This document shows positions 48,339 through 63,342 of a stretch of 64,000 nt of DNA, piece by piece (the stretch's first letter is position 1; every line of letters begins with the position of its first letter). The notes below the pieces were generated by a model. It was given only the letters and a program-made list of their open reading frames with translations, was not told the origin of the DNA and did no database searches. The position numbers and the translations under genes were made by a program. The DNA is taken from assembly GCA_036630325.1 (NCBI GenBank), contig CP142728.1, positions 930,001 through 994,000 of the forward strand, given 5' to 3'. The DNA is from Vairimorpha necatrix (lineage: Eukaryota).

Positions 48339-51300
48339 GTTTTTGATTTAAAGCGTACGATTAACTCTTTTACTATTTAAATTGAGTCTATCTGACGTCT
48401 TGGCCGTTAAATAATGTGGTTGAGAAATGAAAATATAATATTAAATGTCAACTGTCATTGAATGAAAAAAATCTTTCTAAATTATAGTTTTGGGGGTTCT
48501 AGTTTCATAAAACTTTTATGAAACTCTATTTTGTTAGAAGTAACGAAAATTGTATGCCAAGTGGTCGAATCATTATTTCGCGTCAAGCAGAAATGTCATA
48601 TTGGTAGAAGTTCAAATCATCAAGTGTAATTTTCGGTATTGTCGATACCACCTTAAACGGCAAAAGAATATTTGAAAGTCGTAACTAATAGATCTGAGGA
48701 AATTCTGTTACCTATTATTAAAATATCATAAATATAGGAGTATTTTATACAGCAATTAATGGGTCATCTACAAAAAAAATTTAGAAAACATTAGAAGTCA
48801 GAAATCAATGGTATATCATTCTCTCAATTTTATGAATCTTAACACAGAAGTCTCTACTCAACATGTAATATCATACGGGGCTAAGCAAAAATTTATTATC
48901 AATAATGAAAGGTATTTAAAAGAAATATTGCAAAATAATTTTATAGAAATTAAGTTTTGAGATCGATATAGAAGGTTCTAAAACAATTTTACTAAGGTTG
49001 TTGAATTTTTTTAGTATGCATCATGATTTTTTTTGTCTCTTAGTATGCCAAATCTTTATTTTTTATATATGTCGTATAATACTCATGATCCAAAAAAAAC
49101 CTAAAGGTGCCTATGAATTACGGAGTATTGGGGGTGGATTGAAACATTTTATTAACAAAAATGAATTTGTAATATACAAACGGTTGACAATCTACTGGAA
49201 ATATAACATCTTTCCGGGAAGTGAAGCCTTGTTCTAAGGAGGGGAGAGTGTTACCGGCTGCATTGCACACGCCAAAAATCAGACTGAAATTGAAAGATGA
49301 AACAGTTGCTAATGATTTGAAACTAAAGTATTTAAGAAATCTTTAATAGAGTATAATTCCAATAAATATAGTTCTCATTCTATTAGAAATACTTCTTAAA
49401 AAACCAGCTCTTCCTCTGGTAACAGTCTCCTTAAGATTAAAAATCAAGGAGACTATTTTGGAAATGAATATCTGTGAAGATATGTGCTTTAGGAACATTG
49501 AAGCAGCAATTAAACTTTTTAGTAAAGGGTCTTCTATAGTGATTGTTTGCTTGCAGACATTGTTCGACTTCATAACGACCTGTTCTTATGAACGTTAGAG
49601 ATGTTCCAGCTTTACTTACAGTAAAGCTTATCGTTATGTTAATGAAAAGCGGAATTTAAATAGAGAATTTCAAAGGGATAAGCTACCCATTTCACAAACT
49701 TCTCAGAGCATTCTATTGCTAGGTATTGAATTTTACCACTTAATAATCAATAGATTTTTGCAAAATATGTATTAATTCATCTGATAAAATCAAGAATACA
49801 GTCATTGAAGTAATTGCTCTGCATAGTGAAGCTAGCTACTAAATTGGAGGTCCTTCTGTTTGAGTACAATTTGATGAATTCGTCATATGCAGCGGAATTA
49901 TTGATCTAATTTTTCTTTAACTTTGTATTCTATGCCCGAATTCAATGGATCTTAGGCGTTATTATAAATTAAAAAAAATTGTTCTTGGTTTCTTCAAAAT
50001 CGACAATCTACTACTATTGGAGATTTTTTTGAACTTAGAGTAAAAGCTAGCCTGTTACTGATTACCGTTTATTTTCTTTTTATTCTTAAGCGTCAGAAAA
50101 TTTCGTAAGCGAACACTACATAGTAAATCACTCGCTTGGCTTTATAGAGGCAAAAGAAGACAACACAAATTATATAAAAAATTTGTGGTACCATAAGAAG
50201 AACGAATATAGATCAAGATGTGGGTTGACAGGAAAAGAATTAATTTATTTTTAAAAGAATTTTCAAGAAAAAAAGAAATATCAACCAGTCAAATAATGAA
50301 TCATTATATTTTTAATCAAAATTGAACTTTGTAGGTTAGATTGAATAATAAATTTATTGTGAATAAATTTTTTTTAAGAGGACAAGAAAATGAAGTAGTG
50401 GCTATTTATTGGCAATAAATTATAGTGATAGAGTTATCAAATAGTTATAATAGTTACATCTTAAATAGTAGTTAACGATATATGAGAAAACAATAGCAGT
50501 AAGTAAAATTAGCCTTAGAAAACTAACTAATTAATAAAAGAACCGAGATTTGGGTTCAAGAGATAATTTAAATTCAGTAATGTAAAGGGTTTTGGATGAT
50601 ACTATGTCGATGGTGATTAGAAGTTGGTAATGGAAGTAAGAACTTGCGCATGAAGAATTATAATTGACTCCTGTAGTAACAGATGAAAGTTCTCTTGAAA
50701 TTTTTTAGAAAATCATATGTGCTCTGATTGCTTGTACAACAAAACCTTTTTAATTCTTAATTTTGCTTAAAAAAGATAATTTGTTTTGGTATAAACTATT
50801 ACTTTACAATGATTTTTTATGAAAATCTGATACTTGCGTCACTAATGCTGTAAAATAAAGTTTGTACGAAGCAAGAAAGAAGACTTAGGTTAGACACAAA
50901 AAAGATTTAAACTACTGCCTCATTAACAAAATTGATGTTTAAATATAAATTGTAAAGGTGTTTATATTTTTTGGCTTTTGGTTTTATTATTACTGTTGTT
51001 CCCGTCTAAATTTTAAAAAGACGTTCTTTAAAACTTTTGTATTGTGGAAAGCGAGTGTTGATTCCTCTTACGAACGTACAAAAATAATAAATAGAAAAAA
51101 CATGAATACATTAATAATTGATTGTTTTGTATTATAAGTTTTTAAGACTAGACATAGTGAAAATCTCTGTATCTTATATAGTTTTACGTTTCACTCTGTT
51201 GTTTATGAGAATTTCCGCAATCGTAACTTCTTTAGAAAAAAACAAAGATAATTTTAGGTTTTTGGGTTTGATTTATTATCATGTCTTTAGTTAAAATGAC

Positions 51301-54300
51301 CTCGTCACCTATTTAAAGTGTATCTTGAAAAATGGAACTAAGAAATACGATCCAAATATGCAAGGTAGATTAAAGTTTCTTACATAGTTTAAATTGTTCT
51401 CCAAGAACATTTCGACACATCTCTTTTATTAACTGTCTCAAGTCAAAATTCTATTTTTTTTCAGCCTATAAATTAGAGACTCGTTCTAATCATACGTAAA
51501 AACGAAATTAAATTCTGGTATTTTTTTAAGAAAAAAATAAATGAACTTGTTTTGTTCACTATGATTGTCTAAATTTAATTTGTATAAAACTTTATAGAAT
51601 GTTTAAGCCATTCATTTTCATTTTCTGTTCTAGAATTGTCAAGGGCAAACAACCCTTCTATAAAAACATGTTCTTAAATAGTACTAATTAATGTTGGTTA
51701 AATCTTTCTATTTACCAAATTGATTGTGAGTGATGGGCACACTATGTTTTTGATCAATAAAAAAGTCTGCAAAAAGTTAAATATATGTGAATTATAGAAT
51801 TTTCATTCATTATTGCTTTAAAGAATCTTGGAGAGACCAGTTATATTGTAAAATAAATAGTATGTTTTCTATAACCTATCCTCCCGTTTTATTTTTTTTA
51901 GAAAGGTTCAGTCAAACTTAGAATACACATTTCTAATGTTAAAATCCAACAATTCTCATTGATAAACTTTTTATAGCGCGCAATAGCGATTAAATCGATC
52001 ATAATAGCTCCATCGGTTTAGAGGCCGTAATATAGACTTGGCTATTATTGTTTACAGTAGCAATTGTATAATACGATGCATTCGGAAAGAACTTTTACAA
52101 TATTGTTTCTAAGGATTTTCAGAGAAGACCTTATTGCATGGTGACTTAAATCTGTTAACGCCTTTGTGACGAAGCTAGTGAAAGCTCAACATTTGACTTC
52201 GATGGCTTCAAGATGTTTACTACAAAAACCGGTAGGTGGTTTTCTTTATGTCTCATACATTAAATATAGTACCTCATCTACAAGAAAGAAATTGGCAGCC
52301 TTTTGTTTTCACTTTTTTTGTTACTTTTCTAAAACAACTTTATTAATTTTGTCTTGTAAGATTAATGTTAAATTTTCGTGTTCAACAGCTTTTCTGAGAG
52401 AAAGAATATTTTTAGATGGGAAAATTTATTTTGGCCAAAATGTTATTATGCCAGTATATTCTTATTGAAAAAATTTATAAATAAAATTCAATGTTCTGGT
52501 TGTATACTAACGAGTTTTCTGTGCACAGTCCGTAGATTTGAATTCAGTTTGGAGTGTTTGACATTTAAATGAGTTATGATTCAGACAGGGCCTTCCGTGA
52601 GGAAAACTCAGGCGACAATGCTTGAACAAGGCAGAAATCCTAAGGAATCAACGCTCGCGCGCCATATTAACTAGCTAAAATTGTGAGTATTTATATAAAA
52701 GTGCTTTATGTAGATAAGTTTTAAGTCTTTCTTCGTATCGTCTTTCTTTATTTCTAGAGTTCAAAAACTGATTGAGAAGAAAATTTTCATTTAATTTAAA
52801 TTTAACAAAACAAACGTGAAAATAAGCATTATGAGATGAAAAATAGATTTAATAAATGGATAAAAAACGTATGAATTTGAGGCTATTAAAAAGGGGTGGA
52901 ATATGAAGCAACGGAAAGAATTAGAAAAATATCCAAACCACTAGAAATAATATATAGAGTCAATAAAGCAATCTTAGATCTGCGTGTTTTTTTTAATTTA
53001 TCATGCTATACAATACTTTTTTGATAATTCAGGGAAATATAAGGCCGATGTATGAATGTTAGTAAATAGTCTTACAAAAAAAATTCTAGATATTTTTGAA
53101 TTGATATAGAAAATGGTTAAATTATAACAAGTGATTTAAGCTAAATTTGTAAATACAAAAAAATTGACAATTTAATAAACTCCGTTTTATGTGGGCTAAT
53201 ATGCTGAAGTGTATACAAAATATTCTTATAATGTTCTTAAAAACGAGGAACATAAACTAACAGACACTATGAATTTAGGAAATCAGTAGTTAAGTATATT
53301 TATAGAAGAGGGTATCGCATAGGGAGAGGTATTGTTACCTTATGTTTAACCCTTATTAATTTAATAGCAATATTTAATTAGATGTTACAGCGAAACAACC
53401 TTAATTAACGTCGCTATGATTTAATAAAATTATAAATAAAGCAAAATTGTTACAGTTTAATATTAGTGCGAGCATACTTTAACATCTATATAAAATTTAA
53501 ATCATAATATAGGTATTGACGATTTATCTAAAAAAAATTTTAGCTTTTGGTTTACACATAAAATACGTTCTAGTATTATACTTACGCATATATAAAAAAT
53601 AGAAATTTCATTAAGAAAATAAGTTCTATGGCAGCCCTAATCATGAACAAAGTTCAGATAGTCAAAAGGTTTTTTATAAGGGTCTAATATTTTTATTGTT
53701 TGTTAATCTGAATTTTTTGATGTATGCTTGAAGTTGCTTACAGCAAATTTTTGTTTCGTAAACCGCGTTTAAGTTTTTTTTATAATAGTGCCAATTCCCA
53801 GTTTCGAATTATCATGAAATTATCTTTGTAGATTTCTAACTTTGTCTGTTTTGTAGGCATCTTTTAGAGCAACTCATAAAGTCATTTACAAATGGCAAAC
53901 ATACACTTAAAAGCCATAGTTAAATGTTTTTTGCTTAATTAACAAATAGTCTTTAATGACAAATCAATACAATTACACCTCAAAAATCTAGACTAACGCA
54001 GTACCATGTTCCTTCAAGAAAAGCACCCTCATACATATACTATAAAATATCCTAATTAATGCACACATGACACTAGCTTCTTTTTATATTAAATTTAGCA
54101 AAATACTATATTTTTTAGGTTCTTGTTATTTTAAAAAAATTATTAGATAAGTTTTTGGTACATTAGATATCAATTAAACATTTAAATCAGAACACAACTT
54201 ATACCTATGAGGTAAACATAGTTCTACACATTTAAATATTTAGTTCGTGCATGATATTGATCTTTGAAATACTTATTCTGCATAATGTTAGTTTCAATTT

Positions 54301-54979
54301 CGTCATGTTTGTTTGTTTTATTTACTGTGGTGCCAGAAACATTATCGGTGAGTAAAAAAAACTCTACTGTTTTTTACACAATTTTGGAAAAAACTCATCT
54401 GTATTGACTTCTAATTTCCATTTCTTTCATTTGATTTTTTTGTTCCCTTCTTTCTAAGAAAAATGTTTGTAAAAATTAATTTTATATACAATTCAATTTT
54501 TAATAAAAATGAGAGAATTGACATGTCATAGAATTGCAGCCCTTAAAATTTACACAATTATAAATGTTAGCAATCTTCATTAGGTTTTTTGCACTGTAAA
54601 GCAGTGACTGACCTATCATGTCTTGCTTTACATAAATAATTTTTTACCCTTAAAAAAATTATTCATCCAATTTGATATTATATCATTTTTTAAGTATATT
54701 ATGCCAAACATAAATATTCAACCAAACAATAACAAGAAAATCAAAGAAAGAATTATTCTTTATATATTTTTCAGTCGATTGAATATTTTGTTCATTAAAG
54801 GTGTTTGTTTATGCGCAAATTGGTCCGAAGCGCTATTTAAAAATTGTTACTCGTTTACATTTTTTTGCTTAAAAATGCCTAAAGGCTGTCATGTCTACAT
54901 GATTCATATAAACATTTACTTATTGATATAAATTTTGTATTGAAAAAGAAGAAATTTATATAAAAAAGGATTTGTTTAG

Positions 54980-56440
54980 TTTTATTACTCATATTTTTCT
55001 ATTATTTGTAATTGTGTCTCTAATATATTTGTTTTTTGCCTATTTTTTAATAGTATGGTGGTGAATATGACCATATTGAAACAATTAGATATTTTTTTCT
55101 GCCGTGTTTACTCTCATGTGTTATTGTAAATATCTTTTTAAGTTATTATATTCGTAAAACACAGTTTCAAAATAAGTATTAGAATCGTTTTTAGAATTTT
55201 TAATAACCTTTTAAAAATTGAAAAAAACTTTATAACCATCGAAAAATGAAAACGCAAAGATGTATATGCAAAAATGAACTTTTAATGATTGTTTGAAAAC
55301 ATTCGTACAGTATTTTATTTGCGATTTAAATTTTATTTGACTATTGATATGTTGCTTAGAAGTACTTTCTGAATATAATGTTTTTTTAAGGTCAATCTTG
55401 TGTTCGGATTTTGTTAATGATAATGCGTGTATGCAGTAAGTGAAAAGTTGATGCTTTAAAAAACTTCTTATGTTTTGAACTATATATATATTATAAATTA
55501 TATTTTTTGTGTTTTTTAATTTAAATCGATGTTCTTTTTTATATAGTTACTAACATATATTACTTTCATCAATTATATTTTCATTAGTATGGGAATAAAT
55601 TCAAAAGTATAATTGATGAAAGTAATATACGTCATATAATATAGATAATCGATTTAAATTAAAGAACACAAAAAATATAATTTATTGTATATATATATAG
55701 AAAAAAAAGATTATAGATATAGATATATAGAAAAAAAGATTATAGATACAGATATATACAGAAAAAGATTATAGATACATACGAAAAGATTATAGATATA
55801 TTATACAAACAAGAAATTTGATTCTGTGGATATATAAAATAAGATTTAAGATATATAAGAATGGATAATGAATATTATCAATTAGATACAAAAGATACGA
55901 TAGATGGCCATTGTAATTAATAGATATAAACCAGACAAATATTGATTATGAATATAAGGAGGGGTTTATGGTATCATTCTTCTTACTTTACTCATACACG
56001 CATTAATATTAACAAAATCCGAACACAAGATTGACATTACAAAAACATGATATTTAGAAAGTACTTCTAAGCAACATATCAATAATCAAATAAAATTAAA
56101 ATCATAAATTAAATACAATACAATAATTTCAAACAAAAATTTAAAAGTTCATTGTTTGATCAATACATTTTTGCATTTTTCGATGGTTAAATGTTTATTC
56201 AATTTTTGTTACGGTTTAAAAAATTCTAAAAACATTTTTATACTATTTTAAAACTGTGTTTTTACAAAGGTAATATTTTAAAAACATATTTACAATAATA
56301 CATGATAATAAATACAAACAAAAGAATATCTGTTGGTTATATTATGGTCATATATATTTCTACACTATTAAAAAAACCATGTAAAAAGTAAGTATAAGAT
56401 TGATTACACACTAAAAAAAATTGTATATTGAGTTAGAAAA
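54980..56440. repeat. ~1.45-kb imperfect palindrome (foldback)
   Basis: 55311-55440 is inverse to 55988-56100; 55481-55530 to 55648-55700; 55557-55580 to 55607-55629. Centre ~55592. Confidence 0.85.
55690..55802 (+). repeat. Tandem repeat (GATTATAGATA.A...AAAA, ~4 units)
   Basis: Repeated AAAAGATTATAGATA core inside one palindrome arm. Confidence 0.75.
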
Positions 56441-57099
56441 TAGTAGTTTAAAGATATTAATGACAAATAATAATCATTCACTCGCATAAAATCATTTTTT
56501 CCTTGTGTAACTTATAATGCTTGCTAAAATTATTTTTTTCTGACAGCTGACATTATTACGTTTTTTCCATATTTAACCCTAAGATCAAGATTAGTCACTA
56601 ATTATTCTGTGCTATATATATAGCAAGCTCTTAAGCTTTTTATTTTTTTCTTCCTATTAAGATGAGTGATATTATTTTTTAACTTTATAAAAACAATTAC
56701 TGTATCTGATTCAACTATAAATTTTAATAAACATATATTCCTTTGTAATATTTCTACATATATAACCTAACTGACGTTAACGCTAGGTAATTTGCTCATT
56801 TTTAATAGTTTTTAATTATTTTTTATTGAAGGCGACGGCTCCTCTGGCCTGTATTGGTCTTTGTTTAGTTTTGACCCGTCATAGCTTTGCTTAGAATTTC
56901 ACCTCTCGCAGCTAATACCCTTCTTTTCTAAAATATGCATTTATAAAAAATAAAATTCTTGTTAATTCATTTTTTCTAGAAAAGTTTTTGAAAGAAAAAA
57001 AAATTTTCTTAACATGCGGATAATACCACAGTTATAAATCTATATTCTAATCGTCTGTCAAAATAGCCAAAACTGATGACCCTCGATATAAACTTAATT

Positions 57100-57690
57100 C
57101 TTTTAAATATTGCATTGGCCGTTTCGACTTAATTCAGCTGTTTTTGATCGTTCTCATCGTGTTACCTTTACCTGGTTTTGTATTATATCTTCTGTAGTCG
57201 GATTATCACTTGATAATCTCTATATTCTTTATAGTGTCTATAATACTTCATCAATTTTTTTTTAACTCCGTTATTGCTTTTTCCACTTTTCTCTTAACAT
57301 CCTTAATCCAAAGTAACTAAACTCAAATATTAGCTCGTAATCGTTAATGATAGTTTCTCCCCATTTTCTATCCTTATAAAAAATCGTAACACGTTCTTCT
57401 TTCTAAAATTCTCTTTTAGATGTTTTTTATCGAAATGGGGAAGCCGTATTCATTTCATGCGTCGTACATGATCTTCCTTAGTTTTTGTCTCTTTTAAGCG
57501 TTCGTGTGCTATAATTATATCCGTATCTGCTTTGTCTAAGATTTCTTCAATCTTTTCCTCATCAGTTAAGGATTTAAAATTCATCTTCCTTTCTAATTTT
57601 TTAAAAGTAGTTTTGTGGTGTTGCCACCAGGTAGGAGGCCTGTACGTAAATATATTTCTAAATGTTCCTTTCTGCATAATTATTTTTTTA
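57100..57690 (-). pseudogene. Gag remnant related to elements 1 and 2
   Basis: LTDEEKIEEILDKADTDII resembles MEDERKIEWIMSRASYDLI of gag 1. Confidence 0.45.
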
Positions 57691-57944
57691 TTACCGGGGG
57701 TTCCGGGTTAAGTTAACACCCCCCCCCCAAAAAAAAGTTGAATTTTACGACTTTTTAAAAAGAAACTGATGCTAGTATAATAGTATAAGAGATCCACCCC
57801 TCGGCCAAATGGTAAAAAAATAATTTAAAAAATGAACCCTTTATTACAATAAACCTTTAGATTTCTTTAGAATCTATAAATAAATTTTAAAAGTCTAGGC
57901 CTTTGTATTCAATTTTAGCACAATAAAGAACATCTTGAAGTTTA

Positions 57945-58510
57945 TTGTTCAAATTAAAAGTATTGTTTTCAAGAAAACATGAATCTGTTCCTTACAATCT
58001 AAGAGCCCGAAAAGCCATTTCGGGGGTTATTTTTTTTATGCATCCGTCATTGAATTCAAAATATATCTCCAGTTCGATCTACGCCTATAACCTTTATTTG
58101 TATATTCCTTTGGGTCGTTTGCAAGCCATTCCTGCCATTTTCTTTTTAATTCAACCTTAAATGAAGAATTTATTAAACATCTAATGGTTGTAAATAAGAT
58201 GTAGTCTTTAGGCGAATTAAAAAGGTTTCAATGTTATTACTAGCAAAACTTTTCATAACTTTTTCAGTATAATGAGATTTATAGTTGTCAAGAATAAGAA
58301 GTTTTTTTTTATTTTCAAATGACCCATATTTGTTTAAACATGCTCGAATCCATAATAACATCAAATTTTGATCCATGTTTCTCGATCAGATGTAGCTACA
58401 AAAAGATTATTTTGCACAAAGCATTTGGCGGGTTTTTAAGGCCTTTTAAAATAGCCATTCCCCTCAAAACAGTCCTTCTGAAGAAATAGTAATAATAACA
58501 AAAATTTTAG
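57945..58510 (-). pseudogene. pogo/Fot1-like (DDE_1) transposase remnant
   Basis: LLILDNYKSH...TTSYLQPLDV motif in ORF 58173-58376. Confidence 0.7.
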
Positions 58511-59139
58511 TCTGCAGATTTCCAGTTGTATTGTTGTAGACTGTTAGTCTTCAACATTTATCTTATTTCCCTCCTTGTCAAAACTATCATTGAATTTTCA
58601 TATAAAATATTTACTGTAAATAAATTTCCAGAAAAAGGAAGGGTACGTAAAAAGGAGATGGAACAGAGAATGAAAGAACAGTATGGCAGAGAGTCCAGAG
58701 GGACTGTTATGAATAAAAAACAATTTATTAAAAGTATTTTAGGATATTACCTTATATCCGGGAGGGTTTTCCTGGGATACCACATGTATATGTGTGGTAT
58801 TATCCACATTTCAAGAAAATCATTTTTTCTTATAAAAACTTTTTCTAGGAAAAATGAATTTTCTAGGTTTTTATTTTTTATAAATATTTATTTAAGAAAA
58901 GAAGGGTATGAGCTACGAGAAGAGAAGTCATAAGTAAAGCGATGACAGGTCGAAACTAAACAAAGACCAATACAGGCCAGAAGAGCCTCAAATGAAAAAT
59001 TGTTAGAAATGTATTTTAAACTTGGCAAAATACCCAGTGATAACCTCAATGTGCCTCAGTGTTTTTGGCGGTGAATGAAAATGTCCACGAATGAAACATA
59101 TCAATGTAAATAGGAGTTTGATCCATATAGATGGGGTTC

Positions 59140-62100
59140 ACCAAACGCAAAAAAAGGAGGAAGAAACTTGCGAGATTGAGGCCGGCTTATCGATTTATGG
59201 AGTACAAGAAAGTGTTAATTCACTAGTATTAAGAGGCTACAAACCAGATTGTGAAGTTAGCAGCTTCCGCAAGGCTGCTATTTACACAGACCAAGAATTG
59301 ATAAAATTCTGGTCACAAACAGAGACTTTATTCAACAGAATAAAGATAGAAGAAGGCAGAAATGCCAACCACGGGTACTGTGGGAGAGCGGGGTTGATGG
59401 CTAGCCTTGCTACTACTGTAAGAGTTCGCATGTAGGGACTAGTATTCATCAGGAGTACTTAGATGCCATCTATGAAGAGCTTAGTGAACAAAGATTCAAG
59501 CTAAAAACATGAAGAAACAGCCCGAGATTGAGATTTCTGTAATTAGAAACCAATTCAACACACAAATTAATGCCCTAAAGGCTCAAATGAAAGATTAGAG
59601 CAGAGAATTGACATGATTCTCACTGTAAAAAGGAGAGTGTGAAGAACCAATAACCATAAAAGTTGGTAGGACTGATCAAAAAAGAAAAAGAAGAAGTTTG
59701 GTGGCTTCTCCAAAGCTCAAGATAAAGAGCAAATAAAGGTTACTGGTAAAAGGATCCCATCATCCAATACCTTTAATGTGTTTTTACGGAAGGTAACCGC
59801 TGCCGTAAAAAGAAAACAAAAAGTTGTTGGAGATTAATATTTGGCTAAAGTGCGCATAGGAATATTTTTTGAACTAGGGTTTTTTATTTTTTTTGCCTCT
59901 TTTTTTGAAAAATGAAGGAAGGAAGATGGAGAGGAAGAAAGAAAATTAACAAGCAGAATAAAAGTTTTAATAAAGCAGCAAAGACTATAGTAGAAGAATT
60001 TCTTTGAAGCATTTACCTAAACAGATATAGTTTTGCACTATTGGCTGATCTGTTTCTATTAGGTAAAGAATTTTTTAGAGAACGCCAATTATCTTCTATG
60101 GCATTGGTATGGACTCCCGTGATTGGGTCTCTAAAGTGTAATGTATGTTAACCATATGGTGTTGGCTAAATAAAGTACCTAAAGAATTATAGGCTCTCCA
60201 CATATCACTATGTATGATACTTTTTGTGCTTACATATTTTAATAAAAGTGCTGTTAGAGTTTCTTTATCCCTTTTTTGATGTGTACTAGTATTATTTTAC
60301 GTTCCAATGTACGTTCGGTCATTCCAAAACACCAAAATCCTTTCACTAGCTTGCCTCGGTGGTTTTTATTTTTTCCTATCTCCGTCTCATCAATTTCTAC
60401 TATTATGTTCTCTCCTCCAATAATGGTCAGTGATGACAAATATTTATCGTAAATGTTCATTTCTTTTAGTTTTTTTAATACTGTAGATATAGATTTTTTC
60501 GAACAATGTAAAATTTGACAAATATACTTACTGGGATACCCAAGAATCCACAGATTAAGTATTTGTAATGTTAGTAAATGACAAAGTTTAGAATTACTAA
60601 AGAAAGAGTCATTCCAAATAGAAATTGTCTTTCGACATCCCTTCCAAGTACAAGTTAATAAATACTACTTTTTACTTACTTTACGTATTTTACCTCCACA
60701 TTGATCACAAATATTTATTGTTTTTTCTCTTATCAGTTCATTATATATAGTTTCTAATTCTTCTCTTGTTTTGATTCCTTCCTCCATTTTTCAAAAAGGG
60801 GCAAAAAAAATAAAAAACCCCTAGTTCAAAAAATATTCCTATAATGCACTTTAGCCAAATATTTTTCTAACAGAAAAGACGGAGAATGACTGGACAGTCA
60901 TTCTCAAAAATTGTGATATGAAACCAAAGGTTTCAAAGAAATCTGATGTCTCAAAAACATTAAAAATAGTCGATACAATGGGTTTGCCCCATTCTTAGGC
61001 GGTGTAAAAAAGGATTTCGACTGTGATAAGAAACAGTTGAAAGTGCCCGTTTGAAGTTTTAAAACTTGTAATAAAATACTGGAAGATGATTGGCCAATGT
61101 CATCTACAAAGGTTCGTGCGAAGTCGAAATTTATGACTGAGCGCAAATCCAAGATGAAGAAAATTCTTCGCCTAAGGTACTTCCTCCTCCCACATCGAGG
61201 AAGAAACAGCCGAATTGAATAGATAAGCTATCCAGAGAAGAGTTGCTAGACCTAGCAATCAACGGAAAGAGGCTCAAGGACTGCAAATACAAAATTGTAG
61301 TCGCTTATGGTAAATTCCGAGGGGAACACATTTTTAGAGAGACCTGGCCCAAAATATAGAGCATAGAGGAAAAGAATATTCCTCTAGTAAAGATATTGAA
61401 GGCGAGGACAGGATTTTTCTTATTAGAGATGAATTCTGTCTTCAAGCTGCAGAAACTCTAGAAAGTCTTCAAAAAATGAAGAGTATTATTTGCCGAAAAC
61501 GAAGTAGGCGACTATATCTCTAGGAACAGATCAGCTTTGACGAAAATATTCTCCGATCTTCGTCAAAATCGGAAGAAGTATGTGCCCGTTGATAAGGCAA
61601 TAAAAGTTATAAAAAACGGCCTATCTGATAATCCTACAGTAAGCCATAAAGAGTTTTTCCTTTCCGAGCTGAATATAGAACAGCTCGGGAAAGACATGAA
61701 AGTTGATAGTAAACATCACAATGGACAGTTATAAAAATCCTATTATTAAAAGTATTCTATTATATAATATATATTTATATAAAAAACAAGTTATACGGCT
61801 TCTTAGCTTACCTAAAATTATTGTCTACCCTACAATATACCAAAAGTTGGTAACTTTACTAATAAAAGTAATGGATGTAAGTTGATATTCAAATCTCATG
61901 TCTACATCGTAAAAAAAGCAAGAATGCCGAGAACAAGCATTCAAAAAAGTCTTTGTCTGGTCAAAATAATGGCCAACTATATAAAAGGAGAAGAACTCCG
62001 ACAACAGTTTGACAGAGTGATACGGGATTGTCGGTCTCTCTTATATATACCAGAAAGCATCGCAGAAAAGATGCTAACTTCACCTTCTGCATAGTCAGAA

Positions 62101-63320
62101 GGTCAAGAAAAAAAGAAATTCCTGGAGCCATGGATATACTTGGCCTGGAAATATTAAAAGAAATTTCAACTCGTGATAGAGTGGAGAATAAAAGAAGAAG
62201 CAAGTCCATAGATAAGGATAAACTCTGTAGTATTAACATCGATTATTTCTACGGAAAGAAGGAGAAATGAGAAATTCTCCGTAAAGCAGAAAAGCCAACA
62301 GTCTTATGTCTTCAAGAAACTTGGAAGAAATCCTTAGGTTCTACGAGACTAGAAAAGTATATGGTGGTGGAGACACCAGCCATAGGAAAAAATCGGCCGG
62401 GTCTAATGACTCTGGCTAGAAAAAACGGGGCAGTAAGATGTTCCAAGAAAAGGAACGACGACAATATTCTGCAAACTGTCGTTGAATTCAAAACTAGTAC
62501 GGGATGGACAAAGATTTTAATAGTCAATGAATTCTTCCTACAAGAGAGAGTTAAAGGCCGAAACACTAAGTAAAGCAATCAACCTTCTTAGTATTGAGAA
62601 GGATAAAAGAAACTACAAGGAGATTGTAGTTATGGGAGATATGAATACTAGTGATTCTTCCATCAAAAAGAAGCTTGCTATTGCAGGGCTTACCCCTGCA
62701 ATAAGCTATAACAGATTATCAGGGACAAGAATCCCGAGCGATGCACAAGTCTCTAAAAGACGTTTTGATAAGATATTTAGGGTCTTTAATCAGGACAACG
62801 AGAAAATAACAATTTCTCGAAGATGGGCGGTAATTGATCATCTCTTGCTAGAGAATGATATATCTTCCTCCTCCTGCGAGAGAACGGCCATTTGCCTACA
62901 ATAGGAAGAAACTTGAGCATCGAGGAATGGAAGCTAAGCTTTTAAGAAAGTTGGATGAAAAAACATTCACACTAGATTAACTCTCTAGAGTTTTAAAAGA
63001 AGTTTGTATATTCTCCAAGATATACAGTAAAGTAGGGACATTTAAAGGATTGCCCACCAGATGGAGATTTTAAATGTTTTTAAAAGTTTTAGATATGCTA
63101 CTAAGCGTATGCTAATGAATAGGTTCGTAACGTCTGTGCATAGGTACATGATACTGAAGGATAAGGGGTAGACGACAAAGATAAAAGTTCGGAAAGATCG
63201 GGCCATTCTTTGGGCCTTCGGGGGCAATGAGCTCTATAAAAGTAACAGATCCAGAGACTTCTGGAAATGGTTATTAAGTTCTTCTAACGTCACTGTTAGA
63301 TTAGACACGTTTGCTTGAAA
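59140..63320 (+). mobile_element. LINE subfamily B copy 2 (decayed ORF1 + APE part of ORF2, 3'-truncated)
   Basis: Homologous to 12575-14160. Peptides VETPAIGKNRPGL and VVMGDMN align with A1 ORF2. Confidence 0.85.
59843..60856 (-). mobile_element. Merlin element inserted in LINE B2
   Basis: TIR GGCTAAAGTGC...TAGGAATATTTTTTGAACTAGGG, TSD (T/A)AATATTT, motif VEIDETEIGK. The empty site is visible in the B1 copy at ~13460. Confidence 0.9.
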
Positions 63321-63342
63321 GATGTATCTTTTTCTTTTTTTG

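Noticed and set aside
48400-54950. Possible host genes in the AT-rich stretch
   Set aside because: Only short ORFs (about 100 aa or less) without recognisable motifs. Probably decayed sequence; no call can be supported.
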